Part shown: one piece after another, positions 48,666 through 56,597 of the stretch
Layout: each line of letters starts with the position of its first letter
Position numbering within the stretch: the stretch's first letter is position 1
IMG/VR virus record: IMGVR_UViG_3300042402_002641
Coordinates: 216,020-280,019 of that record
Length of the DNA stretch: 64,000 nucleotides
Direction: 5' to 3' (one strand)
Notes under the pieces: model-generated
Told to the model about the DNA's origin: nothing
Databases searched by the model: none
What the model saw: the letters and a program-made list of their open reading frames with translations, nothing else
Position numbers and translations under genes: made by a program

Positions 48666-49014
48666 GCCTAGTCAAAAAGTTAACCCGCATTTTCTTAGGA
48701 TGAAAATATTCATTGACTACCTGTTTTGCAACTTCAAGATCAAATTCTTTACAACTGAAAATATCAAAGTAGGCTGTGCCATCTAATTCCATAAAATGAC
48801 CACTGATGTTACTAGTAGTAATTAATTGCATGAGACTATATCCCTGTTTGGGATCGCCTGGTAGAAGATATTCGATGATAGGTTCTCCGTGTGCAGTCAT
48901 ATCGATACGTGCCACTAACTCTTTTACGAACTTGTATATGTTATCACGATCTTTTACGGCAGCTATGTCACAGCCGCTGCAATCTAATAATAAATGATAT
49001 CCCCAGTAGCTCAT
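48655..49014 (-). CDS. S-adenosylmethionine decarboxylase-like pyruvoyl proenzyme (SpeD family)
   Basis: 'GYHLLLDCSGC', 'GYS..QLITTSNISGHF' and 'YFDIFSCKEFD'. Confidence 0.75.
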   Translation of the reverse strand: MSYWGYHLLLDCSGCDIAAVKDRDNIYKFVKELVARIDMTAHGEPIIEYLLPGDPKQGYSLMQLITTSNISGHFMELDGTAYFDIFSCKEFDLEVAKQVVNEYFHPKKMRVNFLTRHAD

Positions 49015-49274
49015 TATTCAGGCAACCTTTTAGTGACACCCAGAATCATTTCAATCTCGTTCCATTCTTGTTCGTGGTCTTTCCAATTATCTTTGTGTGC
49101 TATGCGTATGGCCTTGTTGATGATTGAGGGTTTGATCTGTAGTTCTTCTGCGACAGCTTTAACAGTTTCTTTGAGACCTTCTTGCAGATCTTCAAGCTCA
49201 CGTAGTACATTTGAGCCTTCAGTGATTAATCTTTCTAGTTTGGCTTTTTCTTCGGGACCGTACATTTTTGTCAT
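49014..49274 (-). CDS. DsbA(T4)/GapR-like dsDNA-binding protein
   Basis: Helical 'L..LI.EG..V..E...LQEGLKETVKAVAEEL..KP.IINKAI.IA'. Confidence 0.6.
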   Translation of the reverse strand: MTKMYGPEEKAKLERLITEGSNVLRELEDLQEGLKETVKAVAEELQIKPSIINKAIRIAHKDNWKDHEQEWNEIEMILGVTKRLPE

Positions 49275-49300
49275 GTATATTGACTCCAGTTTATGTATTA

Positions 49301-49329
49301 ATTATACAGGAATAAAAAAAGCCAGTCAA
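49301..49329 (-). promoter_or_regulatory. Sigma70 promoter TTGACT-N17-TATAAT
   Basis: Near-consensus with a 17-nt spacer. Confidence 0.75.
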
Positions 49330-49341
49330 TGAATGACTGGC
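49314..49341 (-). terminator. Rho-independent terminator
   Basis: GCCAGTCA-N5-TGACTGGC followed by T7 on the minus strand. Confidence 0.8.
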
Positions 49342-49363
49342 TTAGGTTTACCAAACGGTTGAA

Positions 49364-50236
49364 TTATTTTTGAGCTTCACTGAGCACGTCGTACATTTCA
49401 AATACACCGCCGTTGCGCTCATAGATTAGACCAGCATAAAGTTCTGCTTTCATGCCTTCGCCCAGTTTGCTGGCAGCTACACGAGTAGCCCAGTTGAACA
49501 ATGACTTGTCTAGAGGATCGATCTGTTGTTGTCCGCCGCTTTCTTGAACCAGTTGTACCATCTGCTTGAAACTTAGTTTTTGTTCTATTGATTCTTTCAC
49601 CGGACGCTTTTTGCCTGTTGGCATCATCTTTGATTCATTCTTTTTGCCGAAGTATTTTGCTTGAGCAGCACTCATACCTTTCTTAGCGCCGTCTTTTTTA
49701 TCTTCGCCTTTCTCTCCAGCAGCTTTCTTCATTGGTTCTTTCTTGTCACCATCTTTGTCGATGTCTAGAAAGTCTGGCTTAGATCCTTCAGCCATCTTTT
49801 CTTTCTTGGCCATCTTCTTTTTCTTATCTGTTTCTTCTTTCTTGGCCTCAACCATCTTCATGAATTTGCTTTTGAATTCGGGTTCTACACTTTCTTTCTT
49901 AGCTTTCTTTTTGGACTTAGGAGCATCTTCATCATCATCTTCAGGTTCTGCCTTGCTGCCACCATAGTTCTTGCCAGCATGGTGTTTGACGCCTGTAGCA
50001 GTCTTTTCTATTGTGCCACCTGTAGAACTAGGTTTTTTATCGCCAGTTTTCATTTCTTCTTTGACATCTTCTTCTTTCTTTTTCTTGGCTTCAGCTACAT
50101 AGGTGCTTTGTCCTGCTAGCACACGCAGAGCAGCATCTTCGTTGAGCTGCACAGCTTTGTCTAGTACGGGAGCAGCTACCGTGGAGATCTGATCATCCAT
50201 TGAGCTGATTTTAGTGATAAGTGATTTAAAGTCCAT
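49364..50236 (-). CDS. K/E-rich putative prohead core/internal head protein
   Basis: Many LNE/VAE/VKE/MAE/KNE sites and a DxDxDG loop 'DIDKDGD'. Late promoter at 50269-50275. Confidence 0.55.
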   Translation of the reverse strand: MDFKSLITKISSMDDQISTVAAPVLDKAVQLNEDAALRVLAGQSTYVAEAKKKKEEDVKEEMKTGDKKPSSTGGTIEKTATGVKHHAGKNYGGSKAEPEDDDEDAPKSKKKAKKESVEPEFKSKFMKMVEAKKEETDKKKKMAKKEKMAEGSKPDFLDIDKDGDKKEPMKKAAGEKGEDKKDGAKKGMSAAQAKYFGKKNESKMMPTGKKRPVKESIEQKLSFKQMVQLVQESGGQQQIDPLDKSLFNWATRVAASKLGEGMKAELYAGLIYERNGGVFEMYDVLSEAQK

Positions 50237-50271
50237 AATCGATTCCTTGTTCCTAACAGTTGGTAATGTAT

Positions 50272-50532
50272 TTATCTTTTTACTGCAGAGCCAGCACCAA
50301 ACAAACTAGTGCTTTGATCTAGGGCATTTTTGGCCGTGCCGTCCTTGTTTTTAGGCTGGTGAACCTTGGGTTGTGGGGGTGATTTAGTACCTCCAGGGCC
50401 CCCCGGCTTGCCTAAATAGCTGGTCTTTCCTCGAGCTTTTCCTGGGCTAATATGCGGATTTACCACAGTACCTATGCTAGCAGCTGAAGTAGCACCGGCA
50501 GTAGCTGATTCTATGATTTCTTGTATTTTCAT
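50272..50532 (-). CDS. Small putative internal head protein
   Basis: N-terminal 'MKIQEIIE'. ATAAATA 5 nt upstream. Confidence 0.55.
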   Translation of the reverse strand: MKIQEIIESATAGATSAASIGTVVNPHISPGKARGKTSYLGKPGGPGGTKSPPQPKVHQPKNKDGTAKNALDQSTSLFGAGSAVKR

Positions 50533-50536
50533 AGTA

Positions 50537-51580
50537 TTATTTATTTTTTTTGGCTCTACCGGCTTTCATGTTAGCTAGCCAGTGTGCCATACGTGCTTTT
50601 TCACCTGATGAATTTTTAGCTGTTTTTCTTAGGCTGCTAACGCTGGCTTTGGTATTAACACCACTGCGTTTGGCAAGACCTTTGCGTCCTGGCTTCTTTC
50701 CATCTGCGAAATTTTCGTTGGCTTGCCGGCTCTGTGGCATGTGATCTTTGCCGTAACTGATACGACTGCCTGTGATAGTTTCTATAGCAACGTGCAGTGC
50801 TGTTCCGGATAGATGTTTACGCAGCCATTTCTCCGCTAGATTGTTGATGATCTTTTCATTGGCATGCACACGGCCGCTACCTTTGGTACGATCATGTACA
50901 TAAGCGTGGCATGCTTCGTGTGCTGCAATGGCAACATCTTTAGCGGCCTTACTTTCTAAATTTGGAATATTGATACTGCCACCGGGCCCCGAATCTTCAG
51001 TGTCTGTAAACATAGGAGAAGCACTGCTCTGATATACATAGTACATACCTGGCTCGATTTCTTCTTCATCGTCCGTTACACGATTTTTGCCTAATATACT
51101 TTGGATAGTCTCGTATGCAGTCCACAGTGTAGGAGCAGGTGCACCACCCACTCTTGTAGTTGGCAACATGGGTTTATCTTCGGAATCAAAATCGCCATAA
51201 CGCTGACGCAACTCGTCGTCACTGGCTTCAGCTTCTTTAACATCGTCGAACTCTTGCCCCTGAAGTTTTACCCCTACTATATCCTGTACCAGTTTCCATG
51301 CCAATCCCTTCTTACCTCGTTCTAGCAGTTGTTTGAACAGAGTTTTTTGTTCTTCATCAGCCATGCTGAAGAACTTGGCCAACTCCATCATGCCTATGTT
51401 ACCGGGATAAGATGCTTCGTGCTTAATGCTTTCTCCGCCACCACCGTCACCACCTGATGACCCACCGTCTCCGCTGTAGCCGGTATAGTAGCCATAGCCC
51501 CCATAGGGACCTGGACCGTATGCAGCCCAACGTGGTCTGCGCTTACGTTTTCTTTCAACAACAAATTCATGAGATTTCAT
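50537..51580 (-). CDS. Modular putative internal head polyprotein with HExxH module
   Basis: 'MKSHEFVVE', a Gly/Tyr-rich segment, 'AHEACHAY', and a basic C-terminal module after 'ANE'. Confidence 0.55.
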   Translation of the reverse strand: MKSHEFVVERKRKRRPRWAAYGPGPYGGYGYYTGYSGDGGSSGGDGGGGESIKHEASYPGNIGMMELAKFFSMADEEQKTLFKQLLERGKKGLAWKLVQDIVGVKLQGQEFDDVKEAEASDDELRQRYGDFDSEDKPMLPTTRVGGAPAPTLWTAYETIQSILGKNRVTDDEEEIEPGMYYVYQSSASPMFTDTEDSGPGGSINIPNLESKAAKDVAIAAHEACHAYVHDRTKGSGRVHANEKIINNLAEKWLRKHLSGTALHVAIETITGSRISYGKDHMPQSRQANENFADGKKPGRKGLAKRSGVNTKASVSSLRKTAKNSSGEKARMAHWLANMKAGRAKKNK

Positions 51581-51648
51581 ACAGGTGAATAAGGATTGCG
51601 TGGACGATCTGTACCGTCATCTTCTGGGTATACTGGATAGGGGTTCAT
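51577..51648 (-). CDS. 23-aa peptide (not in ORF track)
   Basis: MNPYPVYPEDDGTDRPRNPYSPV*. ATGA overlaps at both ends. Confidence 0.5.
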   Translation of the reverse strand: MNPYPVYPEDDGTDRPRNPYSPV

Positions 51649-51851
51649 ACAGGACGTTCTCCTGTGAGATACGGTAAACTGAACCATAATTGGAACCATT
51701 CTGGGGTACCTGGCTTTATGTTGTGTTTTTTCATAAGCTCACCTTTTTCATTGCCAGTAATTGAGATATTGCTCCCTTCGTAAGGTTGATAACCTTTGAA
51801 TTCTGTAATACCAGCTAACTTTTTGAGTTCGTTAATCTGCAGATCCGGCAT
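51645..51851 (-). CDS. Small hypothetical protein
   Basis: 'ELKKLAGITE' and 'IKPGTPEWFQLWF'. Confidence 0.65.
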   Translation of the reverse strand: MPDLQINELKKLAGITEFKGYQPYEGSNISITGNEKGELMKKHNIKPGTPEWFQLWFSLPYLTGERPV

Positions 51852-52881
51852 AATATTTTCCGTCTTTTCCTAGAGTTACGGTAACTGCGCTTAACCCTCT
51901 AACACCAACTAGTGTTGCTGGTACTTTAATTTCTTTTCCGCCCTTTGGAGCTGCCTCAGTTCTTCCAGCAAATTTATAAGTTTCGCCTTCGTATTCTATA
52001 GTATATGCTGCTGGCCACTGTGCTCCTGAGGTATATCTACTGCTTAAAGGAACTGCATCTTGTTTTGGTATATCGGATTGAGACACCTGAGTTGCGATTG
52101 GTTTACCAGTTAACCGGTTAATACTAGGATCTCCATCACCCGACACTCTAGCCGCAGCATTCCCTGCGCCTAAAGCCATAGCGCCTGCTAAACCTGCTGC
52201 CGCTAATTTTTCTTTCCAACCCTCATCTATACTTTCAGTGGCTTTCTCACCAGTTTTATAAACTTCCCACTTCTTACCAGTCTGTTCTGATTTTCTGCGA
52301 GCCATGTCTTTGAGTCTATAGTATTCGCGTTCTTCTTCCGGACTGTCGGCATAGGCACCATATGGTCCAGGAAACACTTTCCATTTCTTACCATTGATAT
52401 AGATAGCGAAATTATTACCAGGCTCTGTGTTGCCTTCATCCCAATCTTCTGGATCGCGAATTCTTTCTGTAGTTTTTCTCATACTTGGTGATACAGCAAT
52501 AATAGAATCAGGATCGACTCTAGGTTCAACCGTTAAAAACTTCCAACCCGGATCAACTACGATTTCAATATCGCCTCCGCTGTTAGGGAACGGTTTATTA
52601 TTTGCGTTCTTAATTTTAACCGCATCTTCGTCAAAGTCAACAGCAGTGACTATAGAAGGAAACTTTTCTCCTCTGCCCGTAGTATAGACTACTCGTTGGC
52701 CTACACGGAAATCATTGCCGGTTGCCTCCGCCACACCTTGATCATAGGGCTTCTTATGCTTAACATCGCCCTGTTTCTCAGCTCGCTTCTTGTCTTTGTG
52801 GACCCCAGCACCAGCAGTCTTAGAATTCTTAGCCACAAAGTTACGTGGTTTTGATGCGGGTATAAAATCTTTTGCTCTCAT
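51832..52881 (-). CDS. Modular putative internal head polyprotein
   Basis: Segments are delimited by QGVAE, TTE and ATE/IDE. Confidence 0.55.
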   Translation of the reverse strand: MRAKDFIPASKPRNFVAKNSKTAGAGVHKDKKRAEKQGDVKHKKPYDQGVAEATGNDFRVGQRVVYTTGRGEKFPSIVTAVDFDEDAVKIKNANNKPFPNSGGDIEIVVDPGWKFLTVEPRVDPDSIIAVSPSMRKTTERIRDPEDWDEGNTEPGNNFAIYINGKKWKVFPGPYGAYADSPEEEREYYRLKDMARRKSEQTGKKWEVYKTGEKATESIDEGWKEKLAAAGLAGAMALGAGNAAARVSGDGDPSINRLTGKPIATQVSQSDIPKQDAVPLSSRYTSGAQWPAAYTIEYEGETYKFAGRTEAAPKGGKEIKVPATLVGVRGLSAVTVTLGKDGKYYAGSAD

Positions 52882-53924
52882 ACAGTGATTCCTCTAGACC
52901 GAGTTCCGCCTTTGCGTTTGATTCTACTGAGTTCATCTAAAGCATGGCGAATCTGTTCCATGTTCATTTTTAATTCTTCAAACTGACGAGCCATTATTTG
53001 CCACTCGCTAGGACTAGCGCCATCAGCACGACTAGCAAGATCCTTTAATTGGCCAGCAGCACGTAGCATGCGATATTTTAATTTTGCAGGATTGGCTTTG
53101 TCATGGCTGTGAATCATGGGATCCATGGGATCTGCGGGATCCATCTCAATAGGAGCTTCTTTAATTGTGCCTTCATTTTTTTTGTACAGTGGAGATATAG
53201 ACCTTACAACGTCTTTTTTCATTTGATATGATTTGAAGAATTCTTTTTCTTTTTGACTCAACGGTCTATCGGTTTTAATTTTAGTCAGAATAAATTTAAA
53301 ATAAGCATCGTCATCTGCCAATTCGTTGATTGTGCTTTCGTTGATGCCCATACCGTTACGTACCGCTGAAAACAAAGGTTTAGCAAGTTCTCCTGCACCT
53401 GTAGCTTCTTTGAATCCTTCAAAGTCGTTGTTGGCAGCAGCAGCTCTAGCACCGCTGGCACTGACACCCGCTACACCTTCAGCTCCATCTTCACGTTCCC
53501 CACTGCTGACGAAATCCAGCACTTCGAAATCGTAGAATCCGTGTGCCTTGCCTTCAACACCGTTGTACTGTGTGAGAAGACTTTTCATATCTTCTAATCT
53601 ATCACTGCCTGCCACAAAGGTAGCACTGTTATATCCCTGCTCATGTAGGTATGAAGCCACCTTGCCTATGGTGTTAATGCCAGCATTATCGACCACATCA
53701 CCGGCGTATTCAGGAAACATTTCTTTGATAAATTTGATTTTAGTGGCATAGTCTAGAGGATTTTTCTTTTTATCCTGAGTCTGGCTGACAAATATCCTCA
53801 TGTCGCCACCTTGCTGCTTCATGGTGTCCAGTACCTGTTTGTGTCCAATGGTAGGAGGATTCATCCTGCCGAAACAGAACGTCACATGTTTTGCACCAGC
53901 TTCAAATAATTCTAACAGCAGCAT
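52878..53924 (-). CDS. Cytidylyltransferase-like (HxGH nucleotidyltransferase) with appended modules
   Basis: 'FGRMNPPTIGH', 'VAGSDR' and 'GVSASGAR'. N-terminal 'MLLLELFE'. Confidence 0.75.
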   Translation of the reverse strand: MLLLELFEAGAKHVTFCFGRMNPPTIGHKQVLDTMKQQGGDMRIFVSQTQDKKKNPLDYATKIKFIKEMFPEYAGDVVDNAGINTIGKVASYLHEQGYNSATFVAGSDRLEDMKSLLTQYNGVEGKAHGFYDFEVLDFVSSGEREDGAEGVAGVSASGARAAAANNDFEGFKEATGAGELAKPLFSAVRNGMGINESTINELADDDAYFKFILTKIKTDRPLSQKEKEFFKSYQMKKDVVRSISPLYKKNEGTIKEAPIEMDPADPMDPMIHSHDKANPAKLKYRMLRAAGQLKDLASRADGASPSEWQIMARQFEELKMNMEQIRHALDELSRIKRKGGTRSRGITV

Positions 53925-54259
53925 TAGTCGTAGTCGCCTTTTTCAAGATATTTTTCCTGCTCATCAGCAATGCGTTTTGCTAGGTCTATGAGTTTTTCTT
54001 TGGGAAACTTTTTTTCTCTATCATCGATGTCGTATTTTTCGCAGTAATGATCCAAACAGGTTTCGATAGGTCGTATATAAACTTTGAATACTCGTGGATT
54101 ACCTTGATGTTCTTTGTGTCTTTTCACAGCAGGAAAGAAATATTGGTTCAACATAGCATCGTCGTTGTCTATGAAGAACTTGAGATCGTCTAACCAATCA
54201 ATTTCTTGTTGATCATCTTTAGGTGCACCAATAGCACTCCACATTTCTCTTAACAGCAT
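53924..54259 (-). CDS. Hypothetical protein (putative head-associated)
   Basis: N-terminal 'MLLREMW'. 111 aa. Confidence 0.6.
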   Translation of the reverse strand: MLLREMWSAIGAPKDDQQEIDWLDDLKFFIDNDDAMLNQYFFPAVKRHKEHQGNPRVFKVYIRPIETCLDHYCEKYDIDDREKKFPKEKLIDLAKRIADEQEKYLEKGDYD

Positions 54260-55503
54260 TACCAGCTCCTACATGACCAATAACGTGCTTTCCAACGTGG
54301 ACCTGGATTTTTGCAGTTATGACGAGCACGGAAACTTTTTCTACGTGCTGGATTACTTTTCTTAATACGCATTTTCTTATCGCCGAAGTTTACCTTGACA
54401 ATATTGCCGTTAGGCTTGCGTACATATACTTTGGATTTCTTAACATCGCCAGCCATTTTCTTGCCCAGCGGAACTTCACGTCCTTGATACTTGGCTTCAT
54501 CTACATCACCTTCTTCCACGCCTTGCGATCTATAAACTCCGTCTACATTCTGTTTTGGTGTGCCACCGGTGGCCTGTACAACAGCAGTTAATAAATCGTT
54601 GAATTTTAATTTAGGATTAATTAACGCATTAGGAACAATAGTTTGGTCGCCATGTACTAGATCAACATCATCAAAGTAAAGTGGAGCATTTTTTTCTAAT
54701 CCCGCTTCTTTACGTAGCCAGTTTGTGAGTTTCTTTTGGTCGCCATTTTTTTCGTACCATTTAGCAACATTATAACCGTGTGCCGAACCTTCCGTCACGC
54801 CTTCTTCGTACTTCTGTGCTTTCATGTAATCACGGGCTGTGTCGATGTAGTCTACGGCTTTGGTGATCTTGCTCTGTACCCATTCTGGAAGATTGTCATC
54901 TGCTTGTAGAATGCTGTACAATTCTTCAGCGGCACTGTCTATAGTACGTAGATCATCCTTGGCCATGTCGCCTTCACGATCATACTCTCCGTAGTTTACA
55001 GGATCTTTGGGATCTTCAGGACCGTGGTCCTCCATTTTAACGCAGTTGTCTACGGTCTTGCCGCCTTTCTGTTTGGTGCCCATGCGCTTGTAACCTTTCC
55101 AACAGGCTTTGCCATCGACACCTTTTTGTTTGTCTTCTACTAATTCGCCCTCTAAAAACTCTAAACCCTCATTGGTCAGCATATCTATGGCAGTGTCATC
55201 CAATTCGATTACAATACCATCTTCTAGAATGTCTACAATTTCTGTGGCGATTTCGTGATCTTCAGAAAAACTAATGCCAAATGCATCACCTATCTGAAAT
55301 GATTCTGAAAATCCTTTGGCTTTGGCTTCTTTTTCGAGATCAGCCTTGCGTTGTATAATTGCTTGGGAAATTTCTGGATCTTTGTTGGCTGTGGGATCTG
55401 ATTCTAGATCGTCTAGTGCCTGTCTTTTGGCTTTGAGATCGTCCTGATCTTTAAGAGCTGTTTCGTTGACGATAGCGTCTAGTTTGGATATAAGGTCTCT
55501 CAT
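54259..55503 (-). CDS. Modular putative internal head polyprotein
   Basis: Modules include 'ACWKGYK..GTK.KGGKTV.NCV', 'EGDMAK..L...LPEWVQSKI' and 'AKYQGREV.L.K...ARYWSCR.W', separated by xxE linkers. Confidence 0.6.
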   Translation of the reverse strand: MRDLISKLDAIVNETALKDQDDLKAKRQALDDLESDPTANKDPEISQAIIQRKADLEKEAKAKGFSESFQIGDAFGISFSEDHEIATEIVDILEDGIVIELDDTAIDMLTNEGLEFLEGELVEDKQKGVDGKACWKGYKRMGTKQKGGKTVDNCVKMEDHGPEDPKDPVNYGEYDREGDMAKDDLRTIDSAAEELYSILQADDNLPEWVQSKITKAVDYIDTARDYMKAQKYEEGVTEGSAHGYNVAKWYEKNGDQKKLTNWLRKEAGLEKNAPLYFDDVDLVHGDQTIVPNALINPKLKFNDLLTAVVQATGGTPKQNVDGVYRSQGVEEGDVDEAKYQGREVPLGKKMAGDVKKSKVYVRKPNGNIVKVNFGDKKMRIKKSNPARRKSFRARHNCKNPGPRWKARYWSCRSW

Positions 55504-55534
55504 AGTATGTTCCGTAAGGTCATACTATATTTAT
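55502..55534 (-). promoter_or_regulatory. Late promoter ATAAATA plus start-codon-sequestering hairpin
   Basis: The ATAGTATG...CATACTAT 8-bp stem covers the ATG, and the promoter abuts the 5' arm. Confidence 0.6.
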
Positions 55535-55547
55535 CGAAACTCTATCT

Positions 55548-55913
55548 CTAATAACTATAACGGATTTCTGTGATCGTGCCTTCTTCCAGCTGGTAAGCAG
55601 CACGGATATACACGAATTTGCCTGTGAATGTACACGCAGCGTTATTTGTTAGGGGGGTACTATCAATAGCGGTCAATGTTACATCAGCACTATCATAGAC
55701 TATATCAAACCAATCCGCATCACCAGGATACAGTTCTAGAGTAGCCTGTATCTTGACGGATCCTTTGAAATTATCAAACTCAAATACCGCGGTATGGACT
55801 CCGTTGTTGTTTCGGTAGTAACCTGCAGCTGGACTTTTGGCAGAATATTGATAGTTGGGATACTGACTGTTATCAGCAGTAGCGGCCAGCAGTACACGAG
55901 TTTGATTGGACAT
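55548..55913 (-). CDS. Beta-rich late protein (possible virion protein)
   Basis: 'FKGSVKIQATL...W...FTGKFVYIRA'. ATAAATA 4 nt upstream (55918-55924). Confidence 0.55.
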   Translation of the reverse strand: MSNQTRVLLAATADNSQYPNYQYSAKSPAAGYYRNNNGVHTAVFEFDNFKGSVKIQATLELYPGDADWFDIVYDSADVTLTAIDSTPLTNNAACTFTGKFVYIRAAYQLEEGTITEIRYSY

Positions 55914-55916
55914 CAG

Positions 55917-56597
55917 TTATTTATCGGAGATAACAAAGTTGTAGATCTTGCCCACCACTTCGGCATTACGCAGCTTCATCATTAACAGGGTCTGATCATC
56001 TTCTACCAACACATATCTGCGATCCCAGTTCCAGTCTGTGGCCAAAAACCATTTTTCCACAGCAGGTGTGCAGGTCACATGTGGTATCTGTGTTTTTAAC
56101 CAGTCGATATAGCGTTTTTTGCCTGGACGATCGTTGGCCATTTTATGTGGTAATAGATATACCCTGTAGTTGAATCTATCTTTGGGTAGTTTTTTTACAG
56201 TAATAGAGTTTTTATTTTCGTTAAGTATGTCTATAGAATCTGTTGAAGGCTCGAAACAGTGTTTTAACTGAGATCCAAATTTAATAATTGCACCGTTATA
56301 AAAATCTACATCATTGGTGTACAGATCGATAGTGTTACGTTCTATTCTTGTGGCGTATTGTGTCTTATCATAAACTTCTAAAAACTCACATAGGACTAGA
56401 ATTTCCTCACGATTATTCCAATATTCTAGTTTGTATCGATATCGGTCAATTTCGGGTTCAGGACCTTTACAGAAATCTTTGATTGCATCAATGGTATGCA
56501 ATCTCAGCATTGTGCAACCTCTGAGATTTACAGTAACCTTGTACAGCCATTTGCCGTAGAATTTATGATTGGTGTATTTGATTTTCTGGTTCTGCAT
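55917..56597 (-). CDS. Hypothetical protein
   Basis: 226 aa, overlapping the clpA 3' end. Confidence 0.65.
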   Translation of the reverse strand: MQNQKIKYTNHKFYGKWLYKVTVNLRGCTMLRLHTIDAIKDFCKGPEPEIDRYRYKLEYWNNREEILVLCEFLEVYDKTQYATRIERNTIDLYTNDVDFYNGAIIKFGSQLKHCFEPSTDSIDILNENKNSITVKKLPKDRFNYRVYLLPHKMANDRPGKKRYIDWLKTQIPHVTCTPAVEKWFLATDWNWDRRYVLVEDDQTLLMMKLRNAEVVGKIYNFVISDK

